Notes under the pieces: model-generated
Seen by the model: only the letters and a program-made list of their open reading frames with translations
What the model was told of the DNA's origin: nothing
The model's database searches: none
Position numbers and translations under genes: made by a program
From: Treponemataceae bacterium
Lineage (GTDB): Bacteria > Spirochaetota > Spirochaetia > Treponematales > Rectinemataceae
Direction: 5' to 3'
DNA length: 64,000 nt
NCBI GenBank assembly: GCA_963667725.2
Contig: CAXXHO010000006.1
Span: 1-64,000 of the forward strand
Part shown: piece after piece, positions 1 to 10,672 of the stretch
Numbering within the stretch: position 1 is the first letter of the stretch
How the letters are laid out: each line of letters begins with the position of its first letter

Positions 1-1
1 G

Positions 2-787
2 AACCCGACCTTCGGGTACCGCGGCCTCCTCTTCGGCGACCTCGGCCGCTCCTACGTTTCCAACAGGAACGTCTTCGAGCTCATCCTGAGCTCGTTTCCC
101 AATACCCTCATCCTGGCGGCGGGCGCCCTCTTCCTGGCCTTGGCCGTCGGCGTGCCGATCGGCATCCTCTCGGCCACCCATCCCTATTCCGCCGTCGACA
201 TGATCTTCACCGTCTTCGCCCTCTTCGGCGCCTCGATCCCCGTCTTCTGGGCGGCCATGGTCCTGATCTACACCTTCGCCAACAACCTGCGGATTTTCCC
301 CGCCATGTCCAACCCGGGCGACTTCCTCTCCCTGGTCCTGCCCATCATCACCCTGAGCATGTACTCCATGGCCGTGATCATGCGCATGACCCGCTCCTCG
401 ATGCTCGAGGTCATGCAGCAGGACTACATCAGGACCGCGCGCGTCAAAGGCATGGACGAGAAGGTCGTCGTGTTCAAGCACGCCCTGCGCAACGCCCTCA
501 TCCCCGTGGTCACCGTGGCCGGCCTGCAGTTCGGCCAGCTTCTGGGCGGCGCCGTGCTCACCGAGAAGATATTCTCCTACCCCGGCCTCGGCACCATCAT
601 GGTGGACGCCATCTACCAGAAGGACACGCCCCAGATCCTGGGCTCGGTGTGCTTCGTGGCCCTCACCTTCACCATCATGAACCTCATCGTGGACATCCTC
701 TATGGTTTCATCGACCCGAGGATCAAGACCACCTTCGCCCGGAAAAAGCGCAGGCCCGCCGCCGCGCCTGCAAGGAGCCAGGCATGA
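2..787 (+). CDS. Peptide/nickel ABC transporter permease (OppB/DppB family), 5'-partial
   Basis: Frame is open from the window start (GDLGRSY motif); EAA-like loop DYIRTARVKG, HALRNALIPVVT, NLIVDILYGFIDPRI. Confidence 0.93.
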   Translation, partial: NPTFGYRGLLFGDLGRSYVSNRNVFELILSSFPNTLILAAGALFLALAVGVPIGILSATHPYSAVDMIFTVFALFGASIPVFWAAMVLIYTFANNLRIFPAMSNPGDFLSLVLPIITLSMYSMAVIMRMTRSSMLEVMQQDYIRTARVKGMDEKVVVFKHALRNALIPVVTVAGLQFGQLLGGAVLTEKIFSYPGLGTIMVDAIYQKDTPQILGSVCFVALTFTIMNLIVDILYGFIDPRIKTTFARKKRRPAAAPARSQA

Positions 788-1740
788 GCGCCGCAACCAC
801 CACCACCGCCATCGCCGCCGGCCGCGGCTCGAACTTCGCGCGCGCGCTGCGCCGCTCGGGCAGGAACTTCGCCCAGTTCTGGCGCCAGCTCGCGCGCAAC
901 AAGCTCGCCGTGATCAGCCTCGTCATCGTCGTCGGATTCGCCGGCGTCGCCATCTTCGCCGACCTCCTCTACGAGTACGACTTCGTCACCTCCAACTCCC
1001 TGGAGAACGCCCTCCTCAAGCCGGGCGAGTCGGGTACGGTCTACTACCACGACAAGGAGATCGAGCACACCTTCATCCTGGGCTCGGACAACTACGGCCG
1101 CGACATCCTGGGCCGCCTGGTGCACGGCGCCCGCGTTTCCATGATCATCGGCTTCGCCGCCGTGGCCATCTCCCTCTGCGCGGGCGGCATCCTGGGCTCG
1201 ATCGCCGGCTACAAGGGCGGGCTTTTCGACACCCTGATCATGCGCACCACGGACGTCCTGCTCTCGATCCCGACAATCCTGCTGGCCATCGCCATCGTCG
1301 CCGCCCTGGGCAACAGCTTCTTCAACCTCCTGATCGCCATCGCCTCGTCGATGATCCCGGGCTACATCCGCATCGTGCGGGCCTCGATCATCCAGGTGAA
1401 GGACCAGGAATTCGTGGAAGCCGCCCACTGCATCGGCGCGGGCGATTTCCGCATCGTGCTGCGGCACATCCTGCCCAACATCACCTCGCCCATCATCGTC
1501 CAGTCCACCCTGAACGTCGGCTCGGCCATCAACTGGGCGGCCTCGCTGTCCTTCCTCGGCCTGGGAATCCTCCCTCCCAAGCCCGAGTGGGGCAACATGC
1601 TCTCCGAGGCCAGGGAGTTCATCCAGTACGCGCCGCACCTCCTCTTCGCCCCCGGCCTCACCATCCTGATCACGGTGCTGGCCTACAATCTCATCGGCGA
1701 CGGCCTGCGCGACGCCCTCGACCCCAAATTAAAGCGATAG
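784..1740 (+). CDS. Peptide ABC transporter permease (OppC/DppC family)
   Basis: ATG at 784 overlaps the upstream stop (ATGA); LGSDNYGRDILGRLVHGAR, RHILPN, GDGLRDALDP motifs. Confidence 0.93.
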   Translation: MSAATTTTAIAAGRGSNFARALRRSGRNFAQFWRQLARNKLAVISLVIVVGFAGVAIFADLLYEYDFVTSNSLENALLKPGESGTVYYHDKEIEHTFILGSDNYGRDILGRLVHGARVSMIIGFAAVAISLCAGGILGSIAGYKGGLFDTLIMRTTDVLLSIPTILLAIAIVAALGNSFFNLLIAIASSMIPGYIRIVRASIIQVKDQEFVEAAHCIGAGDFRIVLRHILPNITSPIIVQSTLNVGSAINWAASLSFLGLGILPPKPEWGNMLSEAREFIQYAPHLLFAPGLTILITVLAYNLIGDGLRDALDPKLKR

Positions 1741-1749
1741 GCGGATCCC

Positions 1750-2775
1750 ATGGAAAACATACTTGAGATAAGCGACCTTAGGGTCCACTACTACTCCAAC
1801 CGCAAGACCGTGCGGGCAGTGAACGGCCTCTCGATGGGCATGGAGGCGGGCAAGGTTCTCGGCCTGGTCGGCGAGACCGGCGCCGGCAAGACCACCCTGG
1901 CCCTCTCGATCCTGAACATGGTCCGCGCCCCCCAGGGCAAGATCGTGGAAGGCTCAATCCGCTTCGCGGGAGCCGACGTCCTGGCCATGGGCAAGCGCGA
2001 ACTGCGCGACATGCGCGGCAAGGACGTGGCCATGATCTTCCAGGACCCGATGACGGCCCTGAACCCCGTGCTCACCGTGGGCGAGCAGATCGCCGAGACC
2101 GTGCAGAAGCATGAGGGCCTGACCCCGGTCGAGGCCTGGAAGAAAGCCCAGGCCATGCTCGAGACGGTGGGCATCCCCGCCGACCGCGCCAAGGAATACC
2201 CCCACCAGTTCTCCGGCGGCATGAAGCAGCGCGTCGTGATCGCGCTGGCCCTGGCCTGCAACCCCAAGCTGCTCCTGGCCGACGAGCCCACCACGGCCCT
2301 GGACGTCACCATCCAGGCCCAGGTTCTCGACCTCATGCGCACGCTCATCAGGGAGAACGGCACCTCGGTGCTCTTCATCACCCACTCCCTGGGCCTGGTG
2401 GCCGAAAACTGCGACGAGGTGGCCACCATGTACTCGGGCGAGATCGTCGAGTACGGCACCGTGGAGCAGGTCTTCGGAAAAGCCCTCCACCCCTACACCC
2501 AGGGCCTCTTCGGCTCCCTGCCCGACCTCTCGACGGCCACGGACCGGCTCAAGCCCATCCCCGGCCTGATGCCCGACCCGACCGCCCTGCCCGAGGGCTG
2601 CTTCTTCTGCCCGCGCTGCCCCCACGCCATGGACATCTGCGCGGCCGAGCACCCCGCGGACGTGGACCTTGGCGGCCACCGCGTAAAGTGCCACCTCTAC
2701 GCGGCCGCCGGCGCGGCGAAGGGCGCGGCGAAAACCGGCTCCGCGGCTGTCGCCACCGAAGGGAGGGCCAAATGA
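1750..2775 (+). CDS. Peptide ABC transporter ATP-binding protein (OppD/DppD family)
   Basis: Walker [31 protein letters not shown]-terminal Cys-rich oligopeptide domain. Confidence 0.95.
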   Translation: MENILEISDLRVHYYSNRKTVRAVNGLSMGMEAGKVLGLVGETGAGKTTLALSILNMVRAPQGKIVEGSIRFAGADVLAMGKRELRDMRGKDVAMIFQDPMTALNPVLTVGEQIAETVQKHEGLTPVEAWKKAQAMLETVGIPADRAKEYPHQFSGGMKQRVVIALALACNPKLLLADEPTTALDVTIQAQVLDLMRTLIRENGTSVLFITHSLGLVAENCDEVATMYSGEIVEYGTVEQVFGKALHPYTQGLFGSLPDLSTATDRLKPIPGLMPDPTALPEGCFFCPRCPHAMDICAAEHPADVDLGGHRVKCHLYAAAGAAKGAAKTGSAAVATEGRAK

Positions 2776-3773
2776 GCAGCGCCAAAACACCAGCTTCCGC
2801 CCCGGCCTCCGGCGCCGCGGCGCCCATCCTGCGCGTGAACGGCCTCAAGAAATATTTCCAGTCCGCCCACGGCAAGCTCCACGCGGTGGACGACGTCAGC
2901 TTCGACATCGCCAAGGGCAGAACCCTCGGCATGGTCGGCGAGTCCGGCTGCGGCAAGTCCACCACCGGCCGCCTCCTCGTGCGCCTGCACGAGTCGACCG
3001 CGGGCTCCATCCTCTACGACGGCCAGGAAGTCACCGCCGCCTCGGACCGCGAGCTCCAGAAGCTCCGCACCCGTATGCAGATGATCTTCCAGGATCCCTA
3101 CTCCTCCATCAACCCGCGCCACACCGTGGCTACCATCATCGGCGAGCCCCTCAAGATCCACAAAAAGGTGAGGGGCGTGGCCGAGTACGAGGACAGGGTG
3201 CGGAGCCTCATGGCCACCGTCGGCCTGGCCGACCGCCTCTACGACGCCTATCCCCACGAGCTGGACGGCGGCCGCCGCCAGCGGATCGGCATCGCGCGCG
3301 CCTTGGCCCTCGATCCCGAGTTCATCGTCTGCGACGAGCCCGTCTCCGCGCTCGACGTGTCGATCCAGGCCCAGATCCTCAACCTCCTGATGGACCTCCA
3401 GGACAAGCTGGGCCTGACCTACCTCTTCATCACCCACGACCTCTCGGTGGTCAAGCACATCTCCGACGATATCGTCATCATGTACATGGGGCAGATCGTC
3501 GAGCGCGGACCCACCGAGGAACTCTTCGCGCGGCCCATCCACCCCTACGGGCAGGCCCTCCTGTCGGCCATACCCGTGCCCAAGCTGAACGCGCGCAAGG
3601 AACGCATCATCCTGAAGAGCGAGGTCAGCTCGCCCATCGACCCCAAGCCCGGCTGCCGCTTCGCCCCGCGATGCGCCTACGCCTCGCCCGAATGCTCGGC
3701 CGCCGACCCGGCCCTGCGCGAAGTCAGACCCGGCCGTTTTGTCGCGTGCCGCCTGGCCGAACAATTCGCCTGA
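2772..3773 (+). CDS. Peptide ABC transporter ATP-binding protein (OppF/DppF family)
   Basis: ATGA overlap at 2772; [38 protein letters not shown]. Confidence 0.95.
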   Translation: MSSAKTPASAPASGAAAPILRVNGLKKYFQSAHGKLHAVDDVSFDIAKGRTLGMVGESGCGKSTTGRLLVRLHESTAGSILYDGQEVTAASDRELQKLRTRMQMIFQDPYSSINPRHTVATIIGEPLKIHKKVRGVAEYEDRVRSLMATVGLADRLYDAYPHELDGGRRQRIGIARALALDPEFIVCDEPVSALDVSIQAQILNLLMDLQDKLGLTYLFITHDLSVVKHISDDIVIMYMGQIVERGPTEELFARPIHPYGQALLSAIPVPKLNARKERIILKSEVSSPIDPKPGCRFAPRCAYASPECSAADPALREVRPGRFVACRLAEQFA

Positions 3774-3791
3774 TACCCAGGAGGAAACGAT

Positions 3792-4886
3792 ATGGTACCC
3801 AACGAGAAACAGATGGAGCGTTTCCGGACGCTTACGCAAATCCCCGGCATCTCGGCCCATGAAATGCGCGTGCGCGACTACATGAAGCGGGAGCTTTCGC
3901 GCTTCTGCCCCGAACTCGTCTACGACAACCTGGGCTCGGTGTTCGGCGTCAAGAAATCCAGGCGCCCCAACGCCCCGAAATTGATGATGGGTGGCCACAT
4001 GGACGAAGTCGGCTTCATCGTCAAGCAGATCACGCCCAAGGGCCTCATCAAGTTCTTCCCCATCGGCAGGACCTGGGAGCATGTGATCATGGCCCAGCGC
4101 GTCACCGTCTATTCCAGCATCACCGGCCAGGGCTATCCCGGCTGCGTGGCCTCGATCCCGCCCCACCTTCTGCCCGAGGATTCGGCCAAAAAGCTCCTCT
4201 CCATCGACCAGATGCTGGTGGACATCGGCGCCGCCTCGCGCGAGGACGTGCTCGCCGCGGGCATCAGGCCGGGCGACATGATCGTCATCGACGGACCCTT
4301 CGTGCCGCTTTTCGGCGGCGCCAAGCTCCTCGCCAAGGCCTGGGACAACCGCTTCGGCTGCTGCCTCGCCCTGGACGTGCTCGAGGAAGTGGCGAACGAG
4401 GACCTGGGCGTCGACCTCTACATCGGCGCCACCGTGCAGGAAGAGTCGGGCCTGCGCGGCGCCAGGACCGCCGCCTTCACCATCGATCCCGACCTCTCGA
4501 TCGTGTTCGAGTCCTCGGCCGCCAACGACAACATGGGCGATCCCGAGGAGCTGGGCCAGCAGGGCAAGGGCGTCCTTTTGCGCTACATCGACCGCACCTC
4601 GATCACGCATCGCGGCATTTTCATGTACTCGACCAGACTGGCCGAGGACAAGGGCATCCCCTTCCAGCATTTCATGGCGTTGGGCGGCACCGATTCGGGC
4701 GAGATCCACACGACGCGCTCGGGCTGCCCCTCGATCACGGTGGGCGTGCCGTCGCGCTACATCCACACCAATTCCAGCATGATGACCTACGACGACTACG
4801 CCGCCGCCAAGGCTTTCGCCCTGGCCTTCCTGCGCTCGATGGACCGCGCGGCGTACGAGCGCGATATCCTGAGCTACAGCCGCTGA
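3792..4886 (+). CDS. M42 family metallo-aminopeptidase
   Basis: GHMDEVG, KAWDNR, TVQEESG, GGTDSG, SRYIH motifs; GAGG RBS. Confidence 0.92.
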   Translation: MVPNEKQMERFRTLTQIPGISAHEMRVRDYMKRELSRFCPELVYDNLGSVFGVKKSRRPNAPKLMMGGHMDEVGFIVKQITPKGLIKFFPIGRTWEHVIMAQRVTVYSSITGQGYPGCVASIPPHLLPEDSAKKLLSIDQMLVDIGAASREDVLAAGIRPGDMIVIDGPFVPLFGGAKLLAKAWDNRFGCCLALDVLEEVANEDLGVDLYIGATVQEESGLRGARTAAFTIDPDLSIVFESSAANDNMGDPEELGQQGKGVLLRYIDRTSITHRGIFMYSTRLAEDKGIPFQHFMALGGTDSGEIHTTRSGCPSITVGVPSRYIHTNSSMMTYDDYAAAKAFALAFLRSMDRAAYERDILSYSR

Positions 4887-4894
4887 GGGGGGTT

Positions 4895-5059
4895 GGACAG
4901 GATAACGGGATGAGCAGGACTGGCAGGAAAGAGTTTTTGGTTGAGAGAAGAGAAGAAAGAGAGAAGAAGAAAGACGCGATAACAGGATGCGAAGAAAACG
5001 CTATCCTAACCAAAGTCCTTTTCCTGTAAATCCTGTCCTCTTATCCTGTCATCCTGTCC
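4895..5059 (+). repeat. GACAGGA/TCCTGTC palindromic element, copy 1
   Basis: GGACAGGAT...CAGGAAAGAGTTTTTGGTT...CCTAACCAAAG...GTAAATCCTGTC...ATCCTGTCATCCTGTCC. Confidence 0.9.
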
Positions 5060-5067
5060 TATTAGCC

Positions 5068-6033
5068 ATGGTGCCGATATTTGACTTGCACGCCGACGTG
5101 TTCATGGACTTGACGCGCCGGCATGAATCGCATAACGCCGCGCCCGAGCTCGAGGAGCGCCACCTGCGCCGCATGCGCGCCGGAGGCGTCGCGGGAGCGG
5201 CCCTTATAGACTGCCGCATGGCCGGCGAGGCGGCCGGTCCCGAGCACCTCGAGCGCTTCATCGCGGCGGCGCGGCGCGAGCTCGCCGCCGCGTGGCCTGG
5301 CGCCGTGACCGTGCTCCGCGCCGCCGATCTCCGCGCCGCCATGGAATCCGGCGCCTTCGCGGCCGTCGTCGGCTACGAGGGACTCTCCGCAACGTTGGGC
5401 GATATTGATTGGCTGTGGCGCCTCTACGGCGAGGCCGGCCTGCGCGTCGCCTCGCTCACGCACAACGATGACAACTGCTTCGGCGGCGGGGCGCTCGGCT
5501 CCGGCGGCGGCCTCACCGAAAAAGGCCGCGAAGCTTTGGCCGCCATGAACAGGCTCGGCATCCTCGTCGACATGGCTCACGCGAGCCCCGCCGCGAGGCG
5601 CGACATCCTCGCCGCGTCGGCCAGGCCTGTCATGCTCTCGCACACCTCGTGCAAGGCGGTGTACGACACCGGCCGCAACCTCTCCGATGAAGCGTTGCGC
5701 GATATCGCCGACTCTGGCGGCCTCGTCGGCTGCATGACCAGCCCCGCGGCCCTCGCGCCAATCGCCGACCGCGCCCGCCACACGCTCGAACGCTACATGG
5801 AGCACTTGAACCACATGATCGGCGCCGCGGGCGTCGACCACGTCGGCCTCGGCCTCCATTTCTGCGAATACCTCTACACGCGCGAGGAATACCCCCTCGT
5901 CTCCGGCCTCGAGGACGCCTCGCGCGCCCAGGCCATCATCGACGCCCTCCTCGCCTCCGGTTATTCCGAGGGCGAGGTCGAGAAGATCGCCTGGCGCAAC
6001 TTCGCGCGCGTGTTCGAGGAAGCGACGGGGTAA
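5068..6033 (+). CDS. Membrane dipeptidase (peptidase M19, amidohydrolase fold)
   Basis: IFDLHAD, SLTHN, GLTEKG, ILVDMAH, SHTS, RNLSDE, VDHVGLG, NFARV motifs; the track extension from 4987 is translation of the repeat. Confidence 0.85.
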   Translation: MVPIFDLHADVFMDLTRRHESHNAAPELEERHLRRMRAGGVAGAALIDCRMAGEAAGPEHLERFIAAARRELAAAWPGAVTVLRAADLRAAMESGAFAAVVGYEGLSATLGDIDWLWRLYGEAGLRVASLTHNDDNCFGGGALGSGGGLTEKGREALAAMNRLGILVDMAHASPAARRDILAASARPVMLSHTSCKAVYDTGRNLSDEALRDIADSGGLVGCMTSPAALAPIADRARHTLERYMEHLNHMIGAAGVDHVGLGLHFCEYLYTREEYPLVSGLEDASRAQAIIDALLASGYSEGEVEKIAWRNFARVFEEATG

Positions 6034-6041
6034 GCATCGGA

Positions 6042-7292
6042 TTATCCCAGGAAATAGGCGGCGTGAAGCGCCATTATGTCCTCGGAAATCGGTTTAGTCT
6101 CCGGATCGTTCGAAAGAATGAAGCTGTGCAAAAGCGGCTTGTCGAGGAAATCGGCCAATCCGCGCAGATGCCTCGCATCGCCGGTTGAAATCTTTTCGGC
6201 TATTTTTATCTCGAAAGCAAAATAACCTTCCGCCACCTCAACGAGGACATCCACTTCGCGCCCGTCAACGGTCCTGAAATAGAAGAAATTCGCATCGACG
6301 GCAAGGCATCGAGCCTGCTTGTAAAGTTCCGCCACGACGAGACTTTCGAATTCCTCCCCAGTCATGCCGCCGCGCTTTTGCATGACCGCCTGAAGCACGC
6401 CGTTGTCCAGGAAATGAAGCTTTGGTGATTTGATAAGCCGCTTACCCTCGTTCCTGTGCCATGCGGGAAGCGTGAGCGCCTGATAACTGAGTTCGAGATA
6501 GCGCACGTAACGTTGCGCGGTCTTCGCCGAGACGCCCACCTGGCCGGCCAGCGTGGCCACATTGAGAATCTCCGCCGTGTGCAAGGCAACATAGCGCTGC
6601 AGCCTCACGAAAGGATCGAGATCCCTGAGCGCGGCAAGGTCGCGCACATCGCGCTCAAGGTAGGTTCGCACATAATTCTTGAGCCAGGAGAATCGGTCTT
6701 CTTCGGACAGCTCGGCTGCGCTGAGCGCGGGATAGCCGCCAAAACGTGTGTAATGATCCCATGCTCTCTGCTTTATCGCCTGCCGCTGATCCAAGAGGAA
6801 GCTGGGCAACAGTTTCGGCGATTCCATAGGCTGCCTGAGAAGGCATTGGAAAATCGAATCCTCGACGGCGTCGTCCCACCGCTCGGTTTCGAGTTCCGGA
6901 ACCGTTAAAGGAAAGAGATCGATGATCGTGCAGCGGCCTGCCAGGCTCTCGCGCACTTTTTCCAAAAGCAAAAGCTGGCTCGAACCGAGCAGGACATAGC
7001 GAGGCTCGGGCCATTGGTCATAGACTGATTTTATGCTTTCGATGAGCGAAGGTTCTTTCTGCACTTCGTCGAGTATCGCGGTGGGGTAGAGGTCCTTCCA
7101 TTGCGGGGCGGATAATCGCTTATACTGACCCCGCAGGACGGGATCTTCAATGGAGAGATAAGTGTAGCCGGGGAAACAGTTGCGCGCGAGCGTGGTCTTG
7201 CCTGTCTGCCGGGCACCCGTAAAGACGAGAATCCTCCCGGTGGGCTTCGAAGCGTATTCCTGCACGAGCGCTGTAATCTTTCGGCTTTTCAT
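6042..7292 (-). CDS. AAA+ ATPase, AAA_14/DUF4143 family, with C-terminal PD-(D/E)xK-like segment
   Basis: Walker A GARQTGKTT, Walker B ILDEVQ, GSS, ESLAGR, GGYP, YLERDV, EVDVL...FEIK; start placed at the ATG 6 nt after TATACT. Confidence 0.9.
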   Translation of the reverse strand: MKSRKITALVQEYASKPTGRILVFTGARQTGKTTLARNCFPGYTYLSIEDPVLRGQYKRLSAPQWKDLYPTAILDEVQKEPSLIESIKSVYDQWPEPRYVLLGSSQLLLLEKVRESLAGRCTIIDLFPLTVPELETERWDDAVEDSIFQCLLRQPMESPKLLPSFLLDQRQAIKQRAWDHYTRFGGYPALSAAELSEEDRFSWLKNYVRTYLERDVRDLAALRDLDPFVRLQRYVALHTAEILNVATLAGQVGVSAKTAQRYVRYLELSYQALTLPAWHRNEGKRLIKSPKLHFLDNGVLQAVMQKRGGMTGEEFESLVVAELYKQARCLAVDANFFYFRTVDGREVDVLVEVAEGYFAFEIKIAEKISTGDARHLRGLADFLDKPLLHSFILSNDPETKPISEDIMALHAAYFLG

Positions 7293-7319
7293 AAGGACAG
7301 TATAGCGTAAAAACACTAT

Positions 7320-7382
7320 AAGTCCAGATATTGGCGTAATATTTGGACTTTAATGCCTTAAATACGCGTAATATCTGGACTT
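7320..7382. promoter_or_regulatory. Operator-like inverted/direct repeats upstream of the AAA+ gene
   Basis: AAGTCCAGATATT (7320-7332) is a perfect inverted repeat of AATATCTGGACTT (7370-7382) and a 12/13 match to AATATTTGGACTT (7338-7350). Confidence 0.6.
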
Positions 7383-7395
7383 CAGTAATAACGGT

Positions 7396-8127
7396 TTATG
7401 AGATCGGGTCCGTGTACTCGCCCCGGCGCAGCCTGCCGATGTACTCCAGGTTCTTTTCGAGCAGCATGGCGTAGAGCTTTTCGCCCTTCTCTCGGGTGGC
7501 GGCGGTGGCGTCGCCGTTCATCGCGTTAGGGTAGCGCGCCTTGGTCTGCGTCGGGCCTGAGAGCGGCGCGCAGAATGCCTTGCGCGGGTGGACGCTCCGC
7601 GCGGAATCGTCGACAAGCGAGGCATCGATCGCGAGCACCGTCGAGGTCTCGTCCTCGCCCGCGTGGCCCTGCGTGCCGCAGATCTTCAGGATCTCCGCCG
7701 AGTAGGTCGCCCACCAGCTGATCACGAGGGCCGTGCCGCCCGCCGCCGCGATCTTGTCGCAGGCCAGCGTGAGCGCCGCGATATTCCCGCCGTGCCCGTT
7801 CATGAACACGATGTTCTTGGCGCCCCAGCGCACGAAGCAGGAGCCGATCTCGGCGTAGAGGCTTATGAGCGTTTCGGCGGGGATCGTCACCGTGCCGGGG
7901 AAACCGGCAAGGGTGGGCGTGTAGCCGTAGTTCACCGCCGGCGCGATGAGGAAATCGCCGCCCGCGGCCGCCTCCAAGTCGCGGCACATGCGCTCGGGAA
8001 TCATAATGTCGGTGCCCAGCGGGCAGTGCATCCCGTGGGCCTCGAAGCTGCCGACGGGGATTATGACCGTGTCGATTTTTCCGGCCAGTTCCGCATAACG
8101 TTTTGACGTCAGGTTGATCGCGTACAA
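7396..8127 (-). CDS. Creatininase / creatinine amidohydrolase family protein
   Basis: IPVGSFEAHGMHCPLGTD, NGHGGN, HAGEDETS, GDATAATREKG; TTG start with GGGAGG RBS. Confidence 0.92.
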   Translation of the reverse strand: MYAINLTSKRYAELAGKIDTVIIPVGSFEAHGMHCPLGTDIMIPERMCRDLEAAAGGDFLIAPAVNYGYTPTLAGFPGTVTIPAETLISLYAEIGSCFVRWGAKNIVFMNGHGGNIAALTLACDKIAAAGGTALVISWWATYSAEILKICGTQGHAGEDETSTVLAIDASLVDDSARSVHPRKAFCAPLSGPTQTKARYPNAMNGDATAATREKGEKLYAMLLEKNLEYIGRLRRGEYTDPIS

Positions 8128-8299
8128 GAGAAGCCTCCCGGCATCGAGCGCACAACGTCATTCCCGGCGGCGCGGCTTCGACGCTGAGTCAGTATAAAAT
8201 GAGCCGGCGCGGCGGTAAAGCCAGGCGGCGGTTTTGCTAGTAGGTTGCTTTCGTCAGGTCCGTGAAGGTGACGCCGTCGAGCGGACCCGCGCCGCAATT

Positions 8300-8345
8300 A
8301 AAAAAAACGCGGCCCGGCGCCGCGCATCGCGAGGATGCGGGCCGC
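8300..8345 (-). terminator. Likely rho-independent terminator of the DEAD-box helicase gene
   Basis: Minus strand GCGGCCCG...CGGGCCGC stem followed by a run of T. Confidence 0.6.
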
Positions 8346-8373
8346 CGAACCGCGCTCTTTCGCGGGAGAGCGC

Positions 8374-9510
8374 TTACTCCCCCACCGCCGGCAGGGACAT
8401 CCGCTCGATCGGAGCGCCGATAAAGCGCTCGATCTGGCGCAGCACGGACGAATCCTCGGGAGTCACGAAGGTCAGGGCCACGCCCTTGCGCTCCATGCGC
8501 CCCGTTCGGCCGATGCGGTGCGTGTAGGCCTCGGGGGTGTCGGGAATATCGAAGTTGATCACGCGGGAAATCTTGGTGATATCGATGCCGCGGGCGGCGA
8601 TGTCGGTCGCCACCATGATCGCGGCGCGGCCGGAGCGGAAATTCGCCATGGCCTTCTCGCGCTGGCCCTGTGAAAGATTGCCCTGAAGGGACGTGGCCGC
8701 GAAGCCCGAATTGGCGAGCTGCTGCGCGAGCCGCTTGGCCCGGTGCTTCGTGCGCGTGAAGACCAGCGTCTGCCCGCCGGGACCGTTCGAACCCCAGTCG
8801 TCCACCAGCACGGAGCGCAAGGCCTCGTACTTGTCGTTCTGGCCCATCGAGCTCACATAGTGGCTCACCGTCTCAACCGGCCTGGAATTGCCGATCTCGA
8901 CGCGGACCGGATCGCGCTGGTACTGCTTGGCCAGCGTGCGGATCTCCTGGGGGAGGGTGGCGGAGAAGAGCAGGGTCTGATGCGCGCGGGGCAGGGCGGC
9001 GATGATCTTCTTGATCGAAGGCATGAAGCCCATGTCGAACATCTGGTCGGCCTCGTCCAGTACCAGCGTCTCGACCGAGCGCAGGTCGACATAACCCTGG
9101 CCCATCAGGTCCAGGAGGCGGCCCGGGCAGGCCACGATGATCTCGGGCATGCGCCCCTTGAGCGTCTTAACCTGCGACTTGACCGTAACGCCGCCGTACA
9201 TGCTCATGCTGCGGAAGCCCGTGTCCTTGCCCAGCATCTCGAAAGCCTGGTGCGTCTGCTCGGCCAGCTCCCGGGTCGGGGAAATGACGAGGGCGCGGAT
9301 CACGCAGCGCTCGCCGCCCAGAAGCCGCTGGAAGATCGGCAGCGCGAAGGCCGCTGTCTTGCCGGTGCCCGTCTGGGCCAGGCCCAGCACGTCCTTGCCC
9401 GCCAGCGTGGCGGGAATCGTCTTTTCCTGGATGGGCGTGGGGGTTTCGTAGCCAGCCGCGGCGATGGCGGCGGCGATCCGCTGGTCGAATCCGAATGAGG
9501 AGAAATTCAA
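8374..9510 (-). CDS. DEAD-box ATP-dependent RNA helicase (RhlE-like)
   Basis: Q motif PTPIQ, AQTGTGKT, PTRELA, LDEAD, SAT, ARGID, HRIGRTGR. Confidence 0.95.
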   Translation of the reverse strand: MNFSSFGFDQRIAAAIAAAGYETPTPIQEKTIPATLAGKDVLGLAQTGTGKTAAFALPIFQRLLGGERCVIRALVISPTRELAEQTHQAFEMLGKDTGFRSMSMYGGVTVKSQVKTLKGRMPEIIVACPGRLLDLMGQGYVDLRSVETLVLDEADQMFDMGFMPSIKKIIAALPRAHQTLLFSATLPQEIRTLAKQYQRDPVRVEIGNSRPVETVSHYVSSMGQNDKYEALRSVLVDDWGSNGPGGQTLVFTRTKHRAKRLAQQLANSGFAATSLQGNLSQGQREKAMANFRSGRAAIMVATDIAARGIDITKISRVINFDIPDTPEAYTHRIGRTGRMERKGVALTFVTPEDSSVLRQIERFIGAPIERMSLPAVGE

Positions 9511-9694
9511 GTGAGAATCCTAGTGGTTTGCTTGAACAGCATGAATCTGGTCAATCAAGGCTGAGGCCGCACGGTGGCGGCGGAGGGCTAGCTCAGTAAA
9601 ACGGCGTTCGAAAATGTTACAAATTCGATTCATGCAGCGCCGTTCGATGAATTTATTGTAATATAGCGCATTGGCTGCAAAGGATCAAGCCATA

Positions 9695-9853
9695 GACAGG
9701 ACGACAGGACTATCAGGACTGACGGGAAAGAGCTTTTGGTTAAGAAAGAGAAGAGAGGAGAAGGAAAGATTAAGAAGGGCCAAGAGAAGAGCCGGGCGTT
9801 CTCTAAACCAAAAACCGTTTCCGGTAAATCCTGTCCCCTCCTGTCGTCCTGTC
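9695..9853 (+). repeat. GACAGGA/TCCTGTC palindromic element, copy 2
   Basis: Perfect 15-bp terminal IR GACAGGACGACAGGA / TCCTGTCGTCCTGTC; inner TTTTGGTT/AACCAAAA; extra degenerate units to about 9870. Confidence 0.92.
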
Positions 9854-9878
9854 CTTCTGTCCTCCTGACCTTCTCAAC

Positions 9879-10670
9879 CTATTCGTTCAGCCCCTTCTTC
9901 GAGCCGTTCCCCTTGCCGGTTTCCTTATCCTTCTTTTCTTTTTCCTTGTCGGCATTGTTCGACTTTTCGGCGTTGACGTTGGAGGACTTGCCCTTGGTGA
10001 CCTTGGCCAGGGAATCGTCGATCGCCTGGGATACCGAAAGACCCTTCTTGACCGCGGACTTGATCGCGGCCACCAGGGAATTGAGCTTGCCGTTGGAGAG
10101 ATCGCAGTCGACCAGCCCCGTCGCCAAGGCGAGAACCTCAGCGTCGGAAAGGCGGTACTCGGCCTGAATGGTGGCGACCACGGAAAGGGCGGCCAGCGCC
10201 CGGTCTACGGCGGCCTGGTTCGCGCCGAGCTTGTCCGCGGCGGCCGCCAGGGCGGCCCTGAGGGCTTGCTCCGATATGCCCGCGCGGAGGAGGAGGGAGG
10301 CCTGCTCGACGGACGCCGAGGCCTTTTTCGGATCCGAGGGCAGGAGCCCGAGGCTTCTGAGCGAGGCGGCCACCGCCAGGCAGCGCTGGGTGTCCTCGCG
10401 CAAGGTGGCGGCCAGCGTCGCCGGAGCTACGCGTTTCTTGGCCGCTTCGACGAGGCGGTCGGCCAGGAGGCTGTCCGAGAGTCCGGCCTGGGAGAGGGCG
10501 GCCGCCAGCTGCTGGGCCTCAGCGGCCAGGGCCCCGTACGCGGCCTGGTTCGCCGGCGCGGCGAACCAGGCCGCCAGATTCTGGGCCGCGACGAACGAAG
10601 GGAAGGCCGCCGCCAACAACAGCGCCGCCGCGAGGCGGAAGGCCGCCCTGCTCAGCATAGTGGCGCGCAT
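9879..10670 (-). CDS. Hypothetical exported protein, Ala-rich with Lys/Glu-rich C-terminal tail
   Basis: Signal-peptide-like N-terminus (RLAAALLLAAAFPSFVAA); follows the anti-sigma gene by 2 nt. Confidence 0.7.
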   Translation of the reverse strand: MRATMLSRAAFRLAAALLLAAAFPSFVAAQNLAAWFAAPANQAAYGALAAEAQQLAAALSQAGLSDSLLADRLVEAAKKRVAPATLAATLREDTQRCLAVAASLRSLGLLPSDPKKASASVEQASLLLRAGISEQALRAALAAAADKLGANQAAVDRALAALSVVATIQAEYRLSDAEVLALATGLVDCDLSNGKLNSLVAAIKSAVKKGLSVSQAIDDSLAKVTKGKSSNVNAEKSNNADKEKEKKDKETGKGNGSKKGLNE

Positions 10671-10672
10671 GG

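Noticed and set aside
4987..5067. N-terminal extensions of the dipeptidase (from 4987) and kinase (from 13994), and small ORFs such as 9671-9868, 25598-25834, 29776-30018, 31389-31694
   Set aside because: They are translations of the repeat element (recurrent PVNPV/LSCRPV or QDDRT peptides), not credible proteins.
8128..8299. Possible riboswitch upstream of the creatininase gene (minus strand CTGACGAAAG...CCGCCGCCTGGC)
   Set aside because: Only fragmentary resemblance to ZTP-type motifs; conserved core elements could not be matched by eye.
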